Under the pieces are notes generated by a model, which ran no database searches, had not been told where the DNA came from, and worked only from the letters and a program-made list of their open reading frames with translations. From Mytilus californianus (lineage: Eukaryota), in the NCBI RefSeq assembly GCF_021869535.1, contig NW_026262581.1:35402001-35466000 (forward strand): a DNA stretch of 64,000 bases, given 5' to 3'. Below are positions 1 through 13,688 of the stretch, piece by piece. The stretch's first letter is position 1. Each line of letters begins with the position of its first letter. Made by a program: the position numbers and the translations under genes.

Positions 1-154
1 ATCTATAATTCAAGAGGAAGTGAAAATCCTTTTCTAATAAAAACTAAAAATCACATATCAATGAGTCTCAATTTTGAAATATGATGTTCTAGTAAGCGTT
101 AGAAATATATGACTGTTATCTCTTCGAGATTATTTTTTTCCCTTCTTTTTCCAG

Positions 155-309
155 TTAGCACCGAATAGAAAAACGTCTGAAGTAGGTACCTTTCCACAAG
201 TCCGCTGGGCACAGACAGCCAATCATGGGAAAGTTCCAAACAATCGATTAAAAAATGTCTTTATGGCTGTTGCATTAGACCTTCCAGATTATGCATCACC
301 ACGTGGGAC
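155..309 (+). CDS. SIAE: Sialate O-acetylesterase-like gene, internal exon (LAPNRKTSEVGTFPQVRWAQTANHGKVPNNRLKNVFMAVALDLPDYASPRG)
   Basis: Pyrimidine tract + AG at 153-154 and GTATGT donor at 310. The translation matches my recollection of the vertebrate SIAE C-terminal region (FPQIRWHQTA..VPN...NTFMAVAMDL.D..SP.G). 155 nt, ends phase 2. The gene 5' part is outside the window. Confidence 0.9.
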
Positions 310-653
310 GTATGTATTCTTATCCATTCAGTATATTCCTGTTTCAAAATAAAATAACATCACAGGACTCCATTTTCCAAACCCTATCCTGACATGTTAA
401 CTGTGGTATTCTATTTAACCTACCACCGTACGATTTATTTTCAAATTGGTATCAATTTGGTACTTATCATATACCATACATATGCCAGCCATACGAGTGG
501 ATTGATTTTTAGATAATTACCTATGAATAATTCGTTTACCAAGTAGTCTTTTCGAGAAACATATGCGGTTCACATGTTGTAATGTACTATTATATTTATT
601 TATTTATGCATTTCTCTGAGCTGAGTGTTCCTGCTTTTGTTTATACTGTGTTC

Positions 654-975
654 CTGTCACGTAGTGTTGTCATTTTAGCGATATTTTTTGACTTTGCCAT
701 ATAAGCGGGAGGTTTGGCTAGCCATTAAACCAGGTTCAACCCACCATTTTTCTTTAAATGTCCTGTACCAAGTCAGGAATGTGGCAGGTGTTATCAAATA
801 GTCCGTTTCTATGTATGCTGGCGTTTGTTTTTGTTGCAGTTCAGTGTTTCTGTTGTTCCGTTGTTTTCCTCTAATAGTAGATGTGTTTCTCTCGGTTTTA
901 GTTTGTAACCCGGATTAGTTTTCTCTTAATCGGTTTATGAATTTTAAACAGCAGTAAACTACTGTTGCCTTTATT
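654..975 (+). repeat. Interspersed repeat family R1 (about 320 bp), copy in SIAE intron
   Basis: Highly similar to 26781-27102 (ctgtcacgtagtgttgtcatttt...gggaggtttggctagccattaaaccaggttcaacccacc...actgttgcctttatt). Confidence 0.8.
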
Positions 976-1025
976 TATACTATATGTAGTAAAAACTCAT
1001 TAAAGATACCAAGCTTGTACTTTGG

Positions 1026-1071
1026 TACGCAAGATGCGTGTTTCGTCTACATAAGATTTATCAGTGACGCT
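1026..1071 (-). ncRNA. Degenerate type I hammerhead ribozyme core in a retrozyme-like repeat (about 1000-1345)
   Basis: Minus strand reads gcgtca-CTGATAA-atcttatgtagac-GAAA-cacgca-tc-ttgcgt. The topology is that of a minimal type I HHR, but core G8 is changed to A. Confidence 0.65.
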
Positions 1072-2067
1072 ATAATCAATACAGTTAGAAGCCAAACAAA
1101 TACAAAGTTGAAGAACATTAATAACCGAAAATTTTGAAAAGGTGTGCATAATACGGCAAAGGCAAGTTATATATACCTGAGGTAGAAAAACGTTAGTGTT
1201 TCGAATATTTAGATATTTTAAAAACAGAAAATTTGCAGAAATGAACATATCAATGATATTTCATGTTAGTACTAAAGTGCTGACTACTGGGCTGGTGGTA
1301 CCCTCGGGGACGAAATGTCCACCATCAGTGACATCGACGTATTATTATAATTAAACCAAAGGATGTATTTGATGTTTATAAACTCTTGAATGACGATATT
1401 AACAATGATTATGTAAACAGGGCTTCAAACATACGTAATCTTTTTTATGACCTTGGATTACATTATGTTTGTTATATCAAGATACTTGCACAATATCAAC
1501 AGATATAAATAAGAAGATATGGTATGAGTGCCAATGAGACAACTATCCATCCAAGTCACAATGTGTAAAAAGTAAACAATTATAGGCCAAAGTACGCCCT
1601 TGGTGCTATTAAAACTCGCATTGAAGATAAACACTTGCAGAACTGTTCAAGAATGTTATAAACTTTGTTTTTATTGTAGATTGAAATTTTCAATTTGTAT
1701 TACAACATATCTTGATTATGAAAATACAGTTTGACTATTAACAAATATACGTAGTGGATTTTCTTTTTTTGGCCTGATAATCATAAAAATTTGTAATTAT
1801 TTCAATTGTTTAAGTAAGCCTTTCGTTGTATTTTTTTTATAACTGCATAGAATATTAGATCTCATATAGTTCTATAAGTTTACATTTGTTATAGTATTTA
1901 CTATTGTTCTCTGCTGCCTATCCATGTTTTATATTTTGTAATATATGTTGTTTATGTTAACGATTATTCACACAGAAGCATCGACCAAGTGGTTTTAAAA
2001 AACAAATTAAGATACCAGGCTTATTACATGTATGTTGTACGCTAGGCACGCGTTGCTTATTATGTTG

Positions 2068-2112
2068 TACGCTAGGCGCGCGTTTCGTCTACATCAGACT
2101 TATCAGTGACGC
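2068..2112 (-). ncRNA. Degenerate type I hammerhead core in a retrozyme-like repeat (about 2010-2380)
   Basis: Minus strand reads gcgtca-CTGATAA-gtctgatgtagac-GAAA-cgcgcg-cc-tagcgt. It has G8A and an altered cleavage triplet. A small tandem duplication lies at 2031-2080. Confidence 0.65.
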
Positions 2113-2889
2113 TTGAATCAAAACAGTTGGAAAGCCAAATTAAATACCAATTTGAAGAGCATTAGTAACCAAATATTCCAAAAGTTTTGCCAAATACCGC
2201 TCAGTTAATCTATACCTGGGGTTAAATAAACCTTAGTATTTTTAATATTAAAAAATTATATAAACAGTATTTACAAAAATGAACATAATTATCAACGATA
2301 TTTCATGTCACTACAAAATTGCAGACTACTGGGTTGGTGTTATCCTCAGGAACGAAACGGCTACCAGCAGTGGTATCAAACAGTGAGATCAGAACATTAT
2401 AAATGTCCATTTTTGAAAACATCTACACATATCATATAGTTGACGGTTATCATTTGTCGTTCTTTATAGACGTGTCGGTATAAATTCTCTTTTACTGAAT
2501 AAAAAGATCATTGATTTATGAAAGTAGGTCAAATAATTATGTGTCATTTTAAAGGAGTAATGACGTGATTAGAAGTTAGTGGAATATAAGACCCACACAT
2601 TTTATGGAAACGAGAATGACCATTGTTGTGAATTGGCATGTAACTTTTCTATCAAATACCTTGTATTGATTCCCGATTAACTGTGTTTGCCCATGGCCTT
2701 TCTGTGCAGAGCTAACCTCGATTCTATACCATGGTCAATACAGAAACAGGCGTTGATATTTGATAAACTGAACTATGACCATGATGATAAGTATGCACTA
2801 GGAACAATATCTATGCACTTATTTATATGTTCACACCATCAAGTCTCTCTTGATGCTTTGAATGATTTATATAACTTTAATTTTCACAG

Positions 2890-3088
2890 CATTCACCCTC
2901 GTCTGAAGCATGATGTAGCAGCTCGTTTAGTTTTAGGAGCTTTAGCGGTTGCTTATAAAAGAAGTGGAATTGATTATCAGGGGCCGTATCCCTCATCATA
3001 TACCTTGCATCGTCATAGCAATACTCTTATTATAGAATACGACAATGGAAGATCACCCATTGATGTAAGGAGCTCAACAGGATTTCAA
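2890..3088 (+). CDS. SIAE: SIAE-like gene, penultimate exon (T-IHPRLKHDVAARLVLGALAVAYKRSGIDYQGPYPSSY...STGFQ)
   Basis: ttttcacag acceptor and GTGAGT donor at 3089. Phase 2 in, phase 0 out. Carries the catalytic-His IHPR motif that follows the DxxSP.G segment in SIAE. Confidence 0.92.
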
Positions 3089-4872
3089 GTGAGTTATTAA
3101 AATGTTTAGGTTAACTGCTAGGAAACTAATTTTATAGGTTAACTTCATAAACACTCAACCGGAAACATCATCTGATAAAAAAGTTCAACAACACTTGCAA
3201 ATACTCAGATTATCAATAATCTCGAAATTATTCATATTTTTCTAAATACACAAATGAAAAATGTCCACTAAAGGATGTTCGTTACTCTTGTTTTTGACTT
3301 TTTGTCAGATATTCGGAATCATCTAGTTTTATCAATGTAGTGCCAATATTAATTTTGCCCGCTAACTACTACTTTTCTTTTCATAATTTCATTTTGATAG
3401 TTTGTAAATCATTTTTGAAATTCTTATAAAATCCTTGTTATTTTTTCATATTTATTGAAAGTAAATAGTTGGTAATGTTAAATGTATAAAAAATCTAGAG
3501 AGAATAATTTCCCGCCGAATTTACAATTGATTTTATGTAAAAAAAAAAAAAACAAGGACACGCATCTGTCATTTTTTCTACTTTTCAAGTTCCTTTATTT
3601 ATATACTATCAATTTATAGCAGTCTTTTTAAAATCTTGTTTTTTGAACAGAGGGGGGACATCCTCAAATTAACTATTACAAAATCCAACTTTAATGTTAT
3701 CTACTATTATTACTGGCAATTGTCATGGTAATCTTTATATCAACATTTATGAGAAACATGAAGATATGTCCAGTTTAACTGTCATTTTGCTATTCTTTGA
3801 AGGTATTATATAGTATACTACATCTCACTAAAATATACAAGTCTCATGTAGTTGGCTATATATGATAGAGTTTGAAGTTTCTAGAAAGAGATAACATTTT
3901 CAACAGAGATGAGCATGTTATAAATTGTTCAAAACTAACAAAAGTTTATACTAGATATATGGATTAATCTAAATTAAATTATACCACTGACGGGAGTGTA
4001 CGTATTTTAAATGAAGCTTTTGATAATAATAAATAATATCATTTATAAGATAGACAAGAACTTTAAGAGGACTTCACATGTCTTGTTAACTTCTAATACT
4101 CATTGGTTAGTCATTGCGTCTTGAATTATGATGATCTATTTACAGGTCGAAACATAAATAAGATTTTGATTTATTTTATTTTCGATGTTGACATTTCCTT
4201 ATGGGTTGTACAAGATCGTGTTTTCTGTACTGTTCACTGATTGCTATATACAATACTCGGTCGTTGAGTGTAAGAAGACTGATTTCTTTATCAGAAGATT
4301 GAAAACTTGAAGCTTGATGTCAGTAATAGATAACATTTCCGAAACGTTAGTATATATATCTGTGTTTTTGCTCTTCAAAATTCATAAACCTTGTCATCGG
4401 TTGCCTTTATTTACATATAACAATCTTTATAAAAATAAGAAGATGTGGTTTGATTGCCTATGACACAACTATCTTCTAGAGACCACATGACTAAGATGTA
4501 AGAAACTATAGGTCAACGTACGTCCTTTAACAGTAATCAAAACCCATACCGAATTATAAGCTATATCAGTGGCTTTGTCCTTAGGAGTTAATGGCAGATA
4601 TTTGACAGTTTAGATTCAATCTTTACCTTTTTACCCTCTGGCAATTTTAATGTTGGTTTTTGTCTATTGTTAAATACTTTGTGTGGTTCTATAATCTGAT
4701 TAAAACAGCAAGATTCAAGACAGTACAAAAGGCAACTTGAATATGCTGCCAATTAATAAAATTGATATGAATTATTAGTCGTGAAATCAACATTAATGTA
4801 ACCACAATGTCTTATATTTATGATAATTATATATATATCGTATTACTTTATCGTTTAATTTTTTTATTTCAG

Positions 4873-5127
4873 ATATGCTGTACAACAAGACATAAAGTTT
4901 GTCATGCGTATGCAGAGGATAATGGTTGGATCAATGCACCAATTAAGAGTCATGATACATCAAGTATAACTTTGGATACATCAAAATGCAGCCTGAGTCA
5001 TCATTCTATTGGTGGTTTGCGATATGAATGGAGTGAAAGTCCGTGTGATTTTAAGCAATGTGCTATCTATGGGGCATCAAACTACCTTCCCTCTCCACCT
5101 TTTATTGTAACAAGACTTTTTCAATAA
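4873..5127 (+). CDS. SIAE: SIAE-like gene, last exon (ICCTTRHKVCH...LRYEWSESPCDFKQCAIYGASNYLPSPPFIVTRLFQ*)
   Basis: tttttatttcag acceptor, phase 0. The LRY.W...PC..KQC..Y....LP.PPF pattern is typical of the SIAE C-terminus. TAA overlaps AATAAA at 5123-5128. Confidence 0.92.
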   Translation: MCCTTRHKVCHAYAEDNGWINAPIKSHDTSSITLDTSKCSLSHHSIGGLRYEWSESPCDFKQCAIYGASNYLPSPPFIVTRLFQ

Positions 5128-5950
5128 AAGTGTATCCTGAAAATGTTTTTTCTTGCGATGACATCAAAGTTCACGCACCTGCTCCCCCGTGTGAATATGA
5201 CGTAAAAAATCACATCTTATACTATTAACATTTGAATATGATACAGAACATAAATTGAAAAAAAGAATTGTATGACAATAGATACCTACCACATGTAGCA
5301 CGTGACAAAAATATTCAATTTTATTGCAGATTGGATAACAAATGTTTTACATGTACTTTGTTCTTTCTTTAGGACATATGCCCCTTATACGGATAGCATG
5401 CGGCGTATTACAGTTTTCAGTTGAATATCATTTACACTATTTATTACATAATTGTAAATATCTGTAGAGCAGCGATTGGATCTGAATAATGTTCACTTTG
5501 TATTTTAATCCCTTTCTCTGAATCTACATATCAATTAATGCCGAACAAATAACTTTCAGTTCCTACGCAAACTTTTCAAAAAAGGGTTTATTTCTTCACA
5601 AATACTTATATACGACGATTTAGCATAAATTAAATCCAGAGTAGATTAAGGAAACTATCTGAAACAATTAACAATTCGTAAGTGTTTAATTTTACATTTA
5701 ATTCATGTATGATTATACCAGCCTTAGACCAAAAATATTAAATACATTTTCTATCTATCATGTAAACATATCTCTGACGACGTCTTTGGGTATTTATGCT
5801 GAATGTCTAGTAAATGTTTCTGTTTCGGCACGTATATAAGGATATTTTGAGGGTTAAAACTCTAAATAATATATCACACATCTCCACATCTACTGTTTCA
5901 AATATTTGGCGTTAACTTCCAGGCCTCTAGGCCAAAATACAGACCAATAA

Positions 5951-6600
5951 ATATAAGAAGATGTGGTATGAGTGCCAATGAGACAACTCTCCATCCAAGT
6001 CAAAATTTATAAAAGTAAACCAGTATAGGTCAAAGTACGGTCTTCAACACGGAGCCTTGGCTCACACCGAAAAGCAAGCTATAAAGGGTTCCAAAAGTTA
6101 CTAGTGTAAAAATATTCAAACGGGAAAACCAACGGTCATATATATAAAAAAACGAGAAACGAGAAACACTTATGAACCAAATCAACAAACGACAACTACT
6201 GAACATCAGATTCCTGACTTAGGACAGGTGCAAACAATTGCAGCGGGTTTAAACGTTTTAATGGTACCAAACATTTACCCTTATCTGAAACAATAGTGTA
6301 ACATCACAACATAGAAAGACACACTATAAAATATCAATTGAAATGGCTTAACTCAATCAAAAGACATATTAACACCAGTGAACATACACTGAACAAATAA
6401 ATTTGATCTATGATACAATGTAAATACAAAATAAATAAATTAAGGAAAGAATAATTAAAGTAACATGTTATACCGCTGTGAAATGTTAAACCATTTAAGA
6501 AAAACAATATGCTTGAACAAAAATATCAGCCATTTGCAATTACTTTAAACACAAGTAAATGAAAATATTTTTGTTGTTAGGGAAACGTGTACAGTTCAAA
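5951..6600 (+). repeat. Interspersed repeat family R2 (starts ataagaagatgtggtatgagtgccaatgagacaac) with a 3' extension
   Basis: Near-identical over about 650 bp to 47901-48552. Shorter copies lie at 1505-1600 (+), 53668-53969 (-) and 51113-51636 (-). Confidence 0.85.
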
Positions 6601-7687
6601 TGGAGGAAGGAAATAGTTTTACAAAATAAATAATATTGATGTTCATAGTACGAAGAAGTGAAAATTTATAGTAATACCAAACACTTATCAAAGCTGATAT
6701 ATAGACCAGATATAACCCGGAATAACATTAAATAACAAAAAAGCATTACAATTAGTATCAACAGGTCAAATAAACAAGAAAGTACGATTTGAGAGTACTC
6801 GCAGTTACTGACAGCTAGTTAAAAGCCAAAAACAATTAATAATAAAAAATCATGCATCAGAGACTAAAATCAACTAAAACATATCCCAGGGATTTAGTAT
6901 TTTAACGTCATGGACCGTCAAAGAAGTCATGACTTGTGCAATGCCAAAAATAAATGTATCGACAGGCAGGGGGCTAGTTACGAGTTAACCTCTTTACTTT
7001 ATTTTAGATAAACAGTCCGGAGCCTAGTTTTCGAAAACATCATTTGACAGATCTTAAGATATATTTAATCACATACTTTAGGACTATCTTTTAAAAACCA
7101 TCCCAGGTTACATCTTATACTATAAAAAAATCTGTCCTAATATAGTCTTAATCGGGATGGTCTTACGACTTGCTTATGTTAACTTATGTTCTATTAATCA
7201 TCAGTCTGTTCTCTTTTATATCAAAATAATACATTTAATTATTCTCTTTTTGTATCCTCTTTATATTTAATTAATATACCAGTCTTCAATTCGACTCTCA
7301 TGTTGCATTCATCTCTTCTATTTTAGTGGTATTTGCGTCTTAATGCAGAAAAGCGTACAAGAAAATAAACATCGCAATGATACGTGTCTTATTCTGACGA
7401 CAGAGGATGGACAATTTAGCAAAACTGTTACTTCAGATCTTAGTTGTCTATTTACTCACTTCAAATACAACTTGGTAATTATCGATTTCAAATGCACTCA
7501 GGTGGGACCTGTGACTTAATCGGGAATATATTAATAAGCTTAGAAATAAAGCATACTCTTGGGTAGACTTCGAAGAGGGATTAGAGTGAAAGGTCAAACC
7601 ATTGCAAGAAACGAAAACTGACAAAACGAGACAATAAGCAGAGACCAACATCAATGTGAAAGACTTAAAACACAAATATAAAAGGAA

Positions 7688-7960
7688 AACAAGAATGTGT
7701 CCATAGTACACGGATGCCCCACTCGCACTATCATTTTCTATGTTCAGTGGACCGTGAAATTGGTTCAAAACTCTAATTTGGCATTCACATTAGAAAGATC
7801 ATATCATAGGGAACATGTGTACTAAGTTCTAAGTTGATTGGACTTCAACTTCATCAAAACAAAAACTACCTTGACCAAAAACTTTAACCTGAAGCGGGAC
7901 AGACGGACGAACGGACGCACAGACCGAAAAACATAATGCCCCTAGGTGGGGCATGAAAAT
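7688..7960 (+). mobile_element. Short non-autonomous Helentron/pearl-like element (about 270 bp) with GACG microsatellite and 3' hairpin
   Basis: Starts aacaagaatgtgtccatagtacacggatgcccc, carries ggacagacggacgaacggacgcacagac, and ends atgcccctaggtggggcat. Further copies at 23090-23372 (-) and 48890-49197 (-). The class is assigned from architecture only. Confidence 0.7.
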
Positions 7961-9309
7961 GCTTCTTATATAAATATATATACAAGAGTCTAGAAAACAA
8001 ATTAAAGAAGAGAAGAATGATTGAATACTAAGTATTATGGAGGTAGGATCGGAAATGAAAATTTTAGATTCAGAACTATACACCGATCTAATATTAACAA
8101 TAAAAAAGTATAACAAAAATATCGAACTCCAAGGTAAATTTAAAAAGGGGGGAAGTCCATTAAAACATAAAAAACAACTGTCATATTCCTGATTTGGTAT
8201 AGGCATTTTTCTAAGAAAACGGTGGGTTGAACCTGGTTTTATAGCTAGCTAATCTTCCACTTGTATGACAGCTGTTAATAGTTCCACTATATAGACCAAA
8301 TTGAGTAGACAGTCCAAACTGGCATAATAGCTTAATCTGACAATAATTAGGATCCAGCAGTCATTATTGTGTAAACATACATCACATACATGTAACACAG
8401 CCGACTGAAATATTTAAACAAACGTACAAATAAATCTAACAAAGTTACCAACAAAAGTGTTTTTGTAGTTGATAGCATATTTGACAAAGACGCAAACAAA
8501 AAGAAATCGCACCTTTGGGCCGACTTGCAACAGGAACGCCCAAATCCAGAAAAGCCAATAGATGGATGACTAAATCTCGAGTAGGCAAGATGACTGTGTA
8601 AAATGTCTATTTTAAGCAACCGGTCAATATTGACATGTTTTTGACAATTTAGCATTCAATCATTTATGTTATACATTGTATTAAGCTAAAATATTTAAGA
8701 ATTAATCTATTTTTGCCATCTGTTGGTCATATCTTTTCCTTACTACAAGAAATTATTGATCACAGATCCATTTATCAGTGAGTGGTCCTCTGTTTTCTAC
8801 TTTTTACCAACCTGGATGATGCACAATAGTTTTGACAATGGGCATGCGGTGTCTTAAGAGTTTGACAATTAAATTTCTGATCTGGCGCAAAAAAATAAAT
8901 AATAAAAATCAAGTGTGGCTTTCCTAAAATTACAATTGAAATAATTGAGAGCAAAAACAACCCCTCCTTATTCCCTTTTAGGCGAAGTGCTACTAGATCA
9001 GCTACATGTCTTACATGCTAACAAAAAATTGTTTAATTGAAATTAAATATTAAAAGGCATCTACAAATCAATGTCCATATAAGTCGAACGTTTGACTCTT
9101 TAAGCTATCTTTTACATCAAGTATTTAATTTTAATCTAATCTGAACAAAGTTCTCTGATCAAATTGCGCAATGAATTTTCTTATATAATTTTAAGAATTA
9201 AAAATATGTGATTATTCTACGCGATCGGTTAAATATTGGCAACACAAATTAAAAGATAATAAGGATACATAATTATTCATAAAAACAATAAACATGTTAC
9301 AATTAACGT

Positions 9310-9752
9310 GGAAGCTATTAAACCAAGAGTTTCAAGTGGTGAAGTTGAAATCATCCCTTCGTAAATTTTATGGACGCCATTACGAGTTGGTTGACCGTTA
9401 CGGAATATCCGTTTCACAGATGATAGCGGATATGTTCCTAATGTCGTGACTACAATCCCGTCCTCTTTCCAGAATATGACCTACCGAATTAGACTTATTA
9501 ACGGGTTTGTACTAACATGAGCAACACGACGGTTGCAACATGTGGAGCAGGATCTGTTTACCTTTCAGGAGCACCTGAGATCACCCCCAGTTTTTGGTGG
9601 GGTTCGTGTTGCTCAGTCTTTAGTTTTATATGTTGTGTTTTGTGTACTATTGTTTGTCTGTTGGTCTTTTTTTTCTTTTTTAACCATGGCGTTGTCACTT
9701 TATTTTCGACTTATGAGTTTGAATGTCCCTTTGATATCTTTCGCCTCTCTTT
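9310..9752 (+). mobile_element. Penelope-like element, 3' fragment (end of RT thumb + 3' UTR)
   Basis: Aligns by eye with 14918-15356 (ggaagctattaaaccaagag...ggagcacctgagatcacccccagtttttggtggggttcgtgttgct). Confidence 0.85.
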
Positions 9753-11699
9753 GTTTGTGACGTACTAGTATTTAGCTGTGTAAAAAGGTATTAACAGAAA
9801 TACTGAACTCCAAGTTAAATTAAACAAAGGAGGACGTCCATAAAACCTGACAAAATAAAACGTTATGCTCATTCAACCAATGGACCGAATGAAAAACTAT
9901 CATATTTCATTCCTGACTATGAAGAGGCAGCTTCCGAAGAAATTAGGTTAACAAAACTAATGTGATACTTTCCAGCTATATAGAATATTTGTAAAATTGA
10001 TTAATACTGATACATAACGTAATAAATGTTTATTGTATCAGCATGTATGTTATGTGACAGATTTATAATTCCTTGTTTACATATCTACATATATTTTTTT
10101 GTTGAAAAAAGACTAAGTTCCGAGGTCTGGAAAAATGAGAAATCATTTCTCCAACTCCTCCATAATAGTAGGTGCACAACTTCAACATATGTGCAAATCT
10201 TCCTGTTTCAGCGAACTATGTCGAAAAATGTAGAAGGAACCCACTTTTCTTTTGAATCCGCCTACCCATATCACCATACCTTTAACCGGTTTTGGGCTTC
10301 GTCTAATCCGGCCTTAAACAGTATAACCTCAATGTTCAACATTTACATCCGACACCATTGCTTATTTTTCAGTGTCATTTTGAAAGAATAACACAAAACG
10401 GTTTATATACAGTTGTTAGATTTTAATCCAATTGGAACCAATTAACAATCAATCGTACATTGTCTTCAACGGGTCAAGACCATAAATGTATATGGAAAAT
10501 ATGCTACAAATATTTACTATCTATACATCCTTTATCATTCATTATCAAACTGACCATGCATACAATCATGGTCAATATAATAAAAAGCATAAGTTTCGAA
10601 CGTTGTCAAATTTCTAAGAGGAAGAAATTTTAAAAGTTTAAAATCAATAGTAAATCTCAACTTTGCAAAAAGTTTCACATTAAAAAAAAGAGTGTTAAAC
10701 AATGAAAATAGCATTTTTTATTATCTCTCAGAAACATTTTCTTTGTAAGAAAAAATAAATATGTGTGCTATTTCATTCCACAGATTATTTGCCAACCAAT
10801 AGTTTGAAAAACTATTACCCCGGTAAATAGTTTTGCTATCATATTTTTCGAACTTTTTCATACTTATTTCTGATTTGAAAAAAAGACGTATTTGACTATT
10901 GATGATTGGACTTTTCACATCGTAAAGATAACACTGAAATATCAAAAACTGAAAATCAATCTATTCTTTATAATCAGATAACTGTATGTGTATGTCTGCG
11001 TCATCCTCCAAATCTGTTTTCGAATTGATAAATTACTTATCAGAAGTAACGTTTATAAAATATTTACATGAAAAATGACATATTAAGATGACAACAGCAT
11101 TACAAAAACATCAACGGTACCACTTTAACTGCAATGAATAACTGCACTGGATATGCAATTCTACAACTAATGTTTCTCCAGTACACCTGATGTTCCAAAA
11201 TGTATGGTCTGAGATTGATTTTTGCATGTTTATGTTAAAATACAAACATTCATAGTTCATTTTTTTCCCAAAAAAAACCCACAATTTTTAAAAAGAAAGA
11301 GATGTGTTCATCCGTTATTTTGATACACGTCCCTTCGTTTATACGTCTTTGAGAAAATTTTCCTCACTACAAATGCTGACAGAAAAAAAATCTACCATTG
11401 ATTTTGACTTGCAATTATGTGATATTATTCTTGAACAGCACAACCCGATGGATTGCAAAAAAATTTTAATTAAAGAACAGAAAACCTACTGTTTAAACAT
11501 TTGAGGTCCCATATCGCTTTTGGCACTAAATTACATCGCAGTGTGTTCGTCGTGCAGCTATAACCACATTCAATCCATAATTCATAATAGAGTCATAATA
11601 CGAAATATGGTCATACATTTTAACTTTTTGATAGAAAAGTAAACGGTCGTCATTTTCTTTGTTTTTTTATGCCGCACCTGCATAAGCTTGTGTGTGCTT

Positions 11700-13143
11700 A
11701 GATGAATAGAAGGTTGGTTTCTTTTGCAACTGATTTCAATTACACGTAATGCAAATACGTGCACGAGTTTTTCAATTGCTTTATGCAGATGTTTAGTGTT
11801 TAGGTATCTGTCTGCCTTAAAAAGATTTAGTAGTGAGCACCTGTTTTCGGCATTTTGTGTTGCTTTTACATCCTTGTTCAAGTTAATGATAATCCTTTTG
11901 GTAGTTTGATTATGCAGGTTCTTTATTGTCTATTTTCTTCTTTGACAGATGGTCCAAGTAGTCGAAGAGTTGTGCGCATGTAACACCATTTTACATCACC
12001 ACATTGTGTACCTGTATCAAGTCATGCTACCTTGACCATATATTGTACGTTGAAGTGTGTTTGTTTTGTACGTCGAAATTTTTGTTGGAGAAAACGGATG
12101 TTGTTGGTTCGGTTATGAATAGTAGGTTGGTTTCTTTTGCAACTGCTTTCAATTCGACGTAATTCAAATACGTGTACGAGTTTTTCAATTGCTTTATGCA
12201 GATATTTAACGTTTAAGTATCTGTCTGCCATAAAAAGATTTTGATATAAATGTAAGCAACCACGCAATTTAAATGAAGCCAACTTATTTTTGAATAAGTT
12301 CATATCTAAGAAATGCATAATGGTTTTTCGAACATGCATCAATAAAATTGAGAATGGGGAATGTTTTAAAGAGACAACAACCCGACCAAAGAGCAGACCA
12401 CAGCCGAAGGCCAACAATAGGTCTTCAACACAGCGAGAAAATCTCGCACCCGGAAGCGTGCTTCAGCTGGCCCCTAAACAAATATGTGTTCTAGTTCAGT
12501 GATAATGGACGTCATACTAAACTGCAAAACATATAAATGAACTAAAATTAAAAATCAAACAAGACTAACAAAGGCCAGAGGCTCCTGACTTGGGACAGGC
12601 GCAAAAATGCGGCGGGGTTAAACATGTTTTGTGAGATCTCAGCCCTCCCACTATACCTCTAGCCAATGTAGAAAAAAATAATACACAGCAATACGCACAG
12701 TAAAACTCAGTTTAGAAGAAGTCCGAGTCCGATGTCAGCATAGGTAACAAAAGAAAAAGAAACTTAGCAAAATGACAATAATACATAAATTAACAAAGGA
12801 CTACTAGCAGTAACTGACATGCCAGCTCCAGACCAAATATACATTTAAAAAGATTCATGTAGTAGCGAGCACCTGTTTTCGGCATTTTGAGATGTCTTTT
12901 ACATCCTTGTTCAAGTTAATGATAATCCTTTTGGTAGATTGATTGTGCAGGTTCTTTATTGTCTATTTTCTTCTTTGACAGATGGTTCAAGTAGTCGAAG
13001 AGTTGTGCGCATGTAATACCATTTTACATCACCACATTGTGTGCCTGTATCAAGTCATGCTACCTTGACCATATATTGTACGTTGAAGTGTGTTTGTTTT
13101 GTAAGTCGGAATTTTTGTTGGAGAAAACGGATGTTGTTGGTTC
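11700..13143. repeat. Local direct duplications (11700-11835 vs 12115-12245; 11836-12112 vs 12867-13143) interrupted by repeat R3
   Basis: Blocks such as gagcacctgttttcggcatttt...ggagaaaacggatgttgttggttcg occur twice with few mismatches. Confidence 0.8.
12341..12834 (+). repeat. Interspersed repeat family R3 (ataaaattgagaatgg...gagacaacaacccgacc)
   Basis: A second copy at 50884-51990 is split by a nested R2-type insertion. Confidence 0.8.
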
Positions 13144-13688
13144 GTGGGGTCTGTTGTGTTGCATAAGAATTTTGGTAATTCAATACATGTATTTATAGTG
13201 GAAAATAAAGAAGCAGAAGATACCGGGGGCGCTTTCAAAGCTCATAAGTCTGACAACGCAATGGGAAAAAAAACGAAACACGACAAAAAACAAACAAATG
13301 ACATATTCACAAAAAATTACTCAGAAAACTAAAGTCTGAGAGCAAAGAACTTAGTAGTTTGAATTGTTAATCATTTTTGAAAAAGATTTTGAATACATCT
13401 TAAATTCTACGCATTGTTTTGAAAAAAGAGGCAGAGGAAACCCAAAGAACAATAAAAAGCAATAAATCAAAGAAAAAATGACAATACCTACTTTAAGACG
13501 AGCTTTTGTGTTTCCATATGAAATCAATCAAACAAAAATATGGAACGAGTTTTACGTCTTGTAATAAAACCTAAAAAAACAGTATGATACTTTACTTATT
13601 CAGCTTTGTTTATCCTTATGTTTTATGTCATTTCGAATGTACGCTTGACTAAGGTAGTTTAATGTGAAAATAAACCTCTGATGGCATT

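Noticed and set aside
8775-8960. ORF with C-x9-C-x3-C resembling a CS-alpha-beta defensin
   Set aside because: It has only three Cys, a TTG start and no splice sites supplying the missing CxC.
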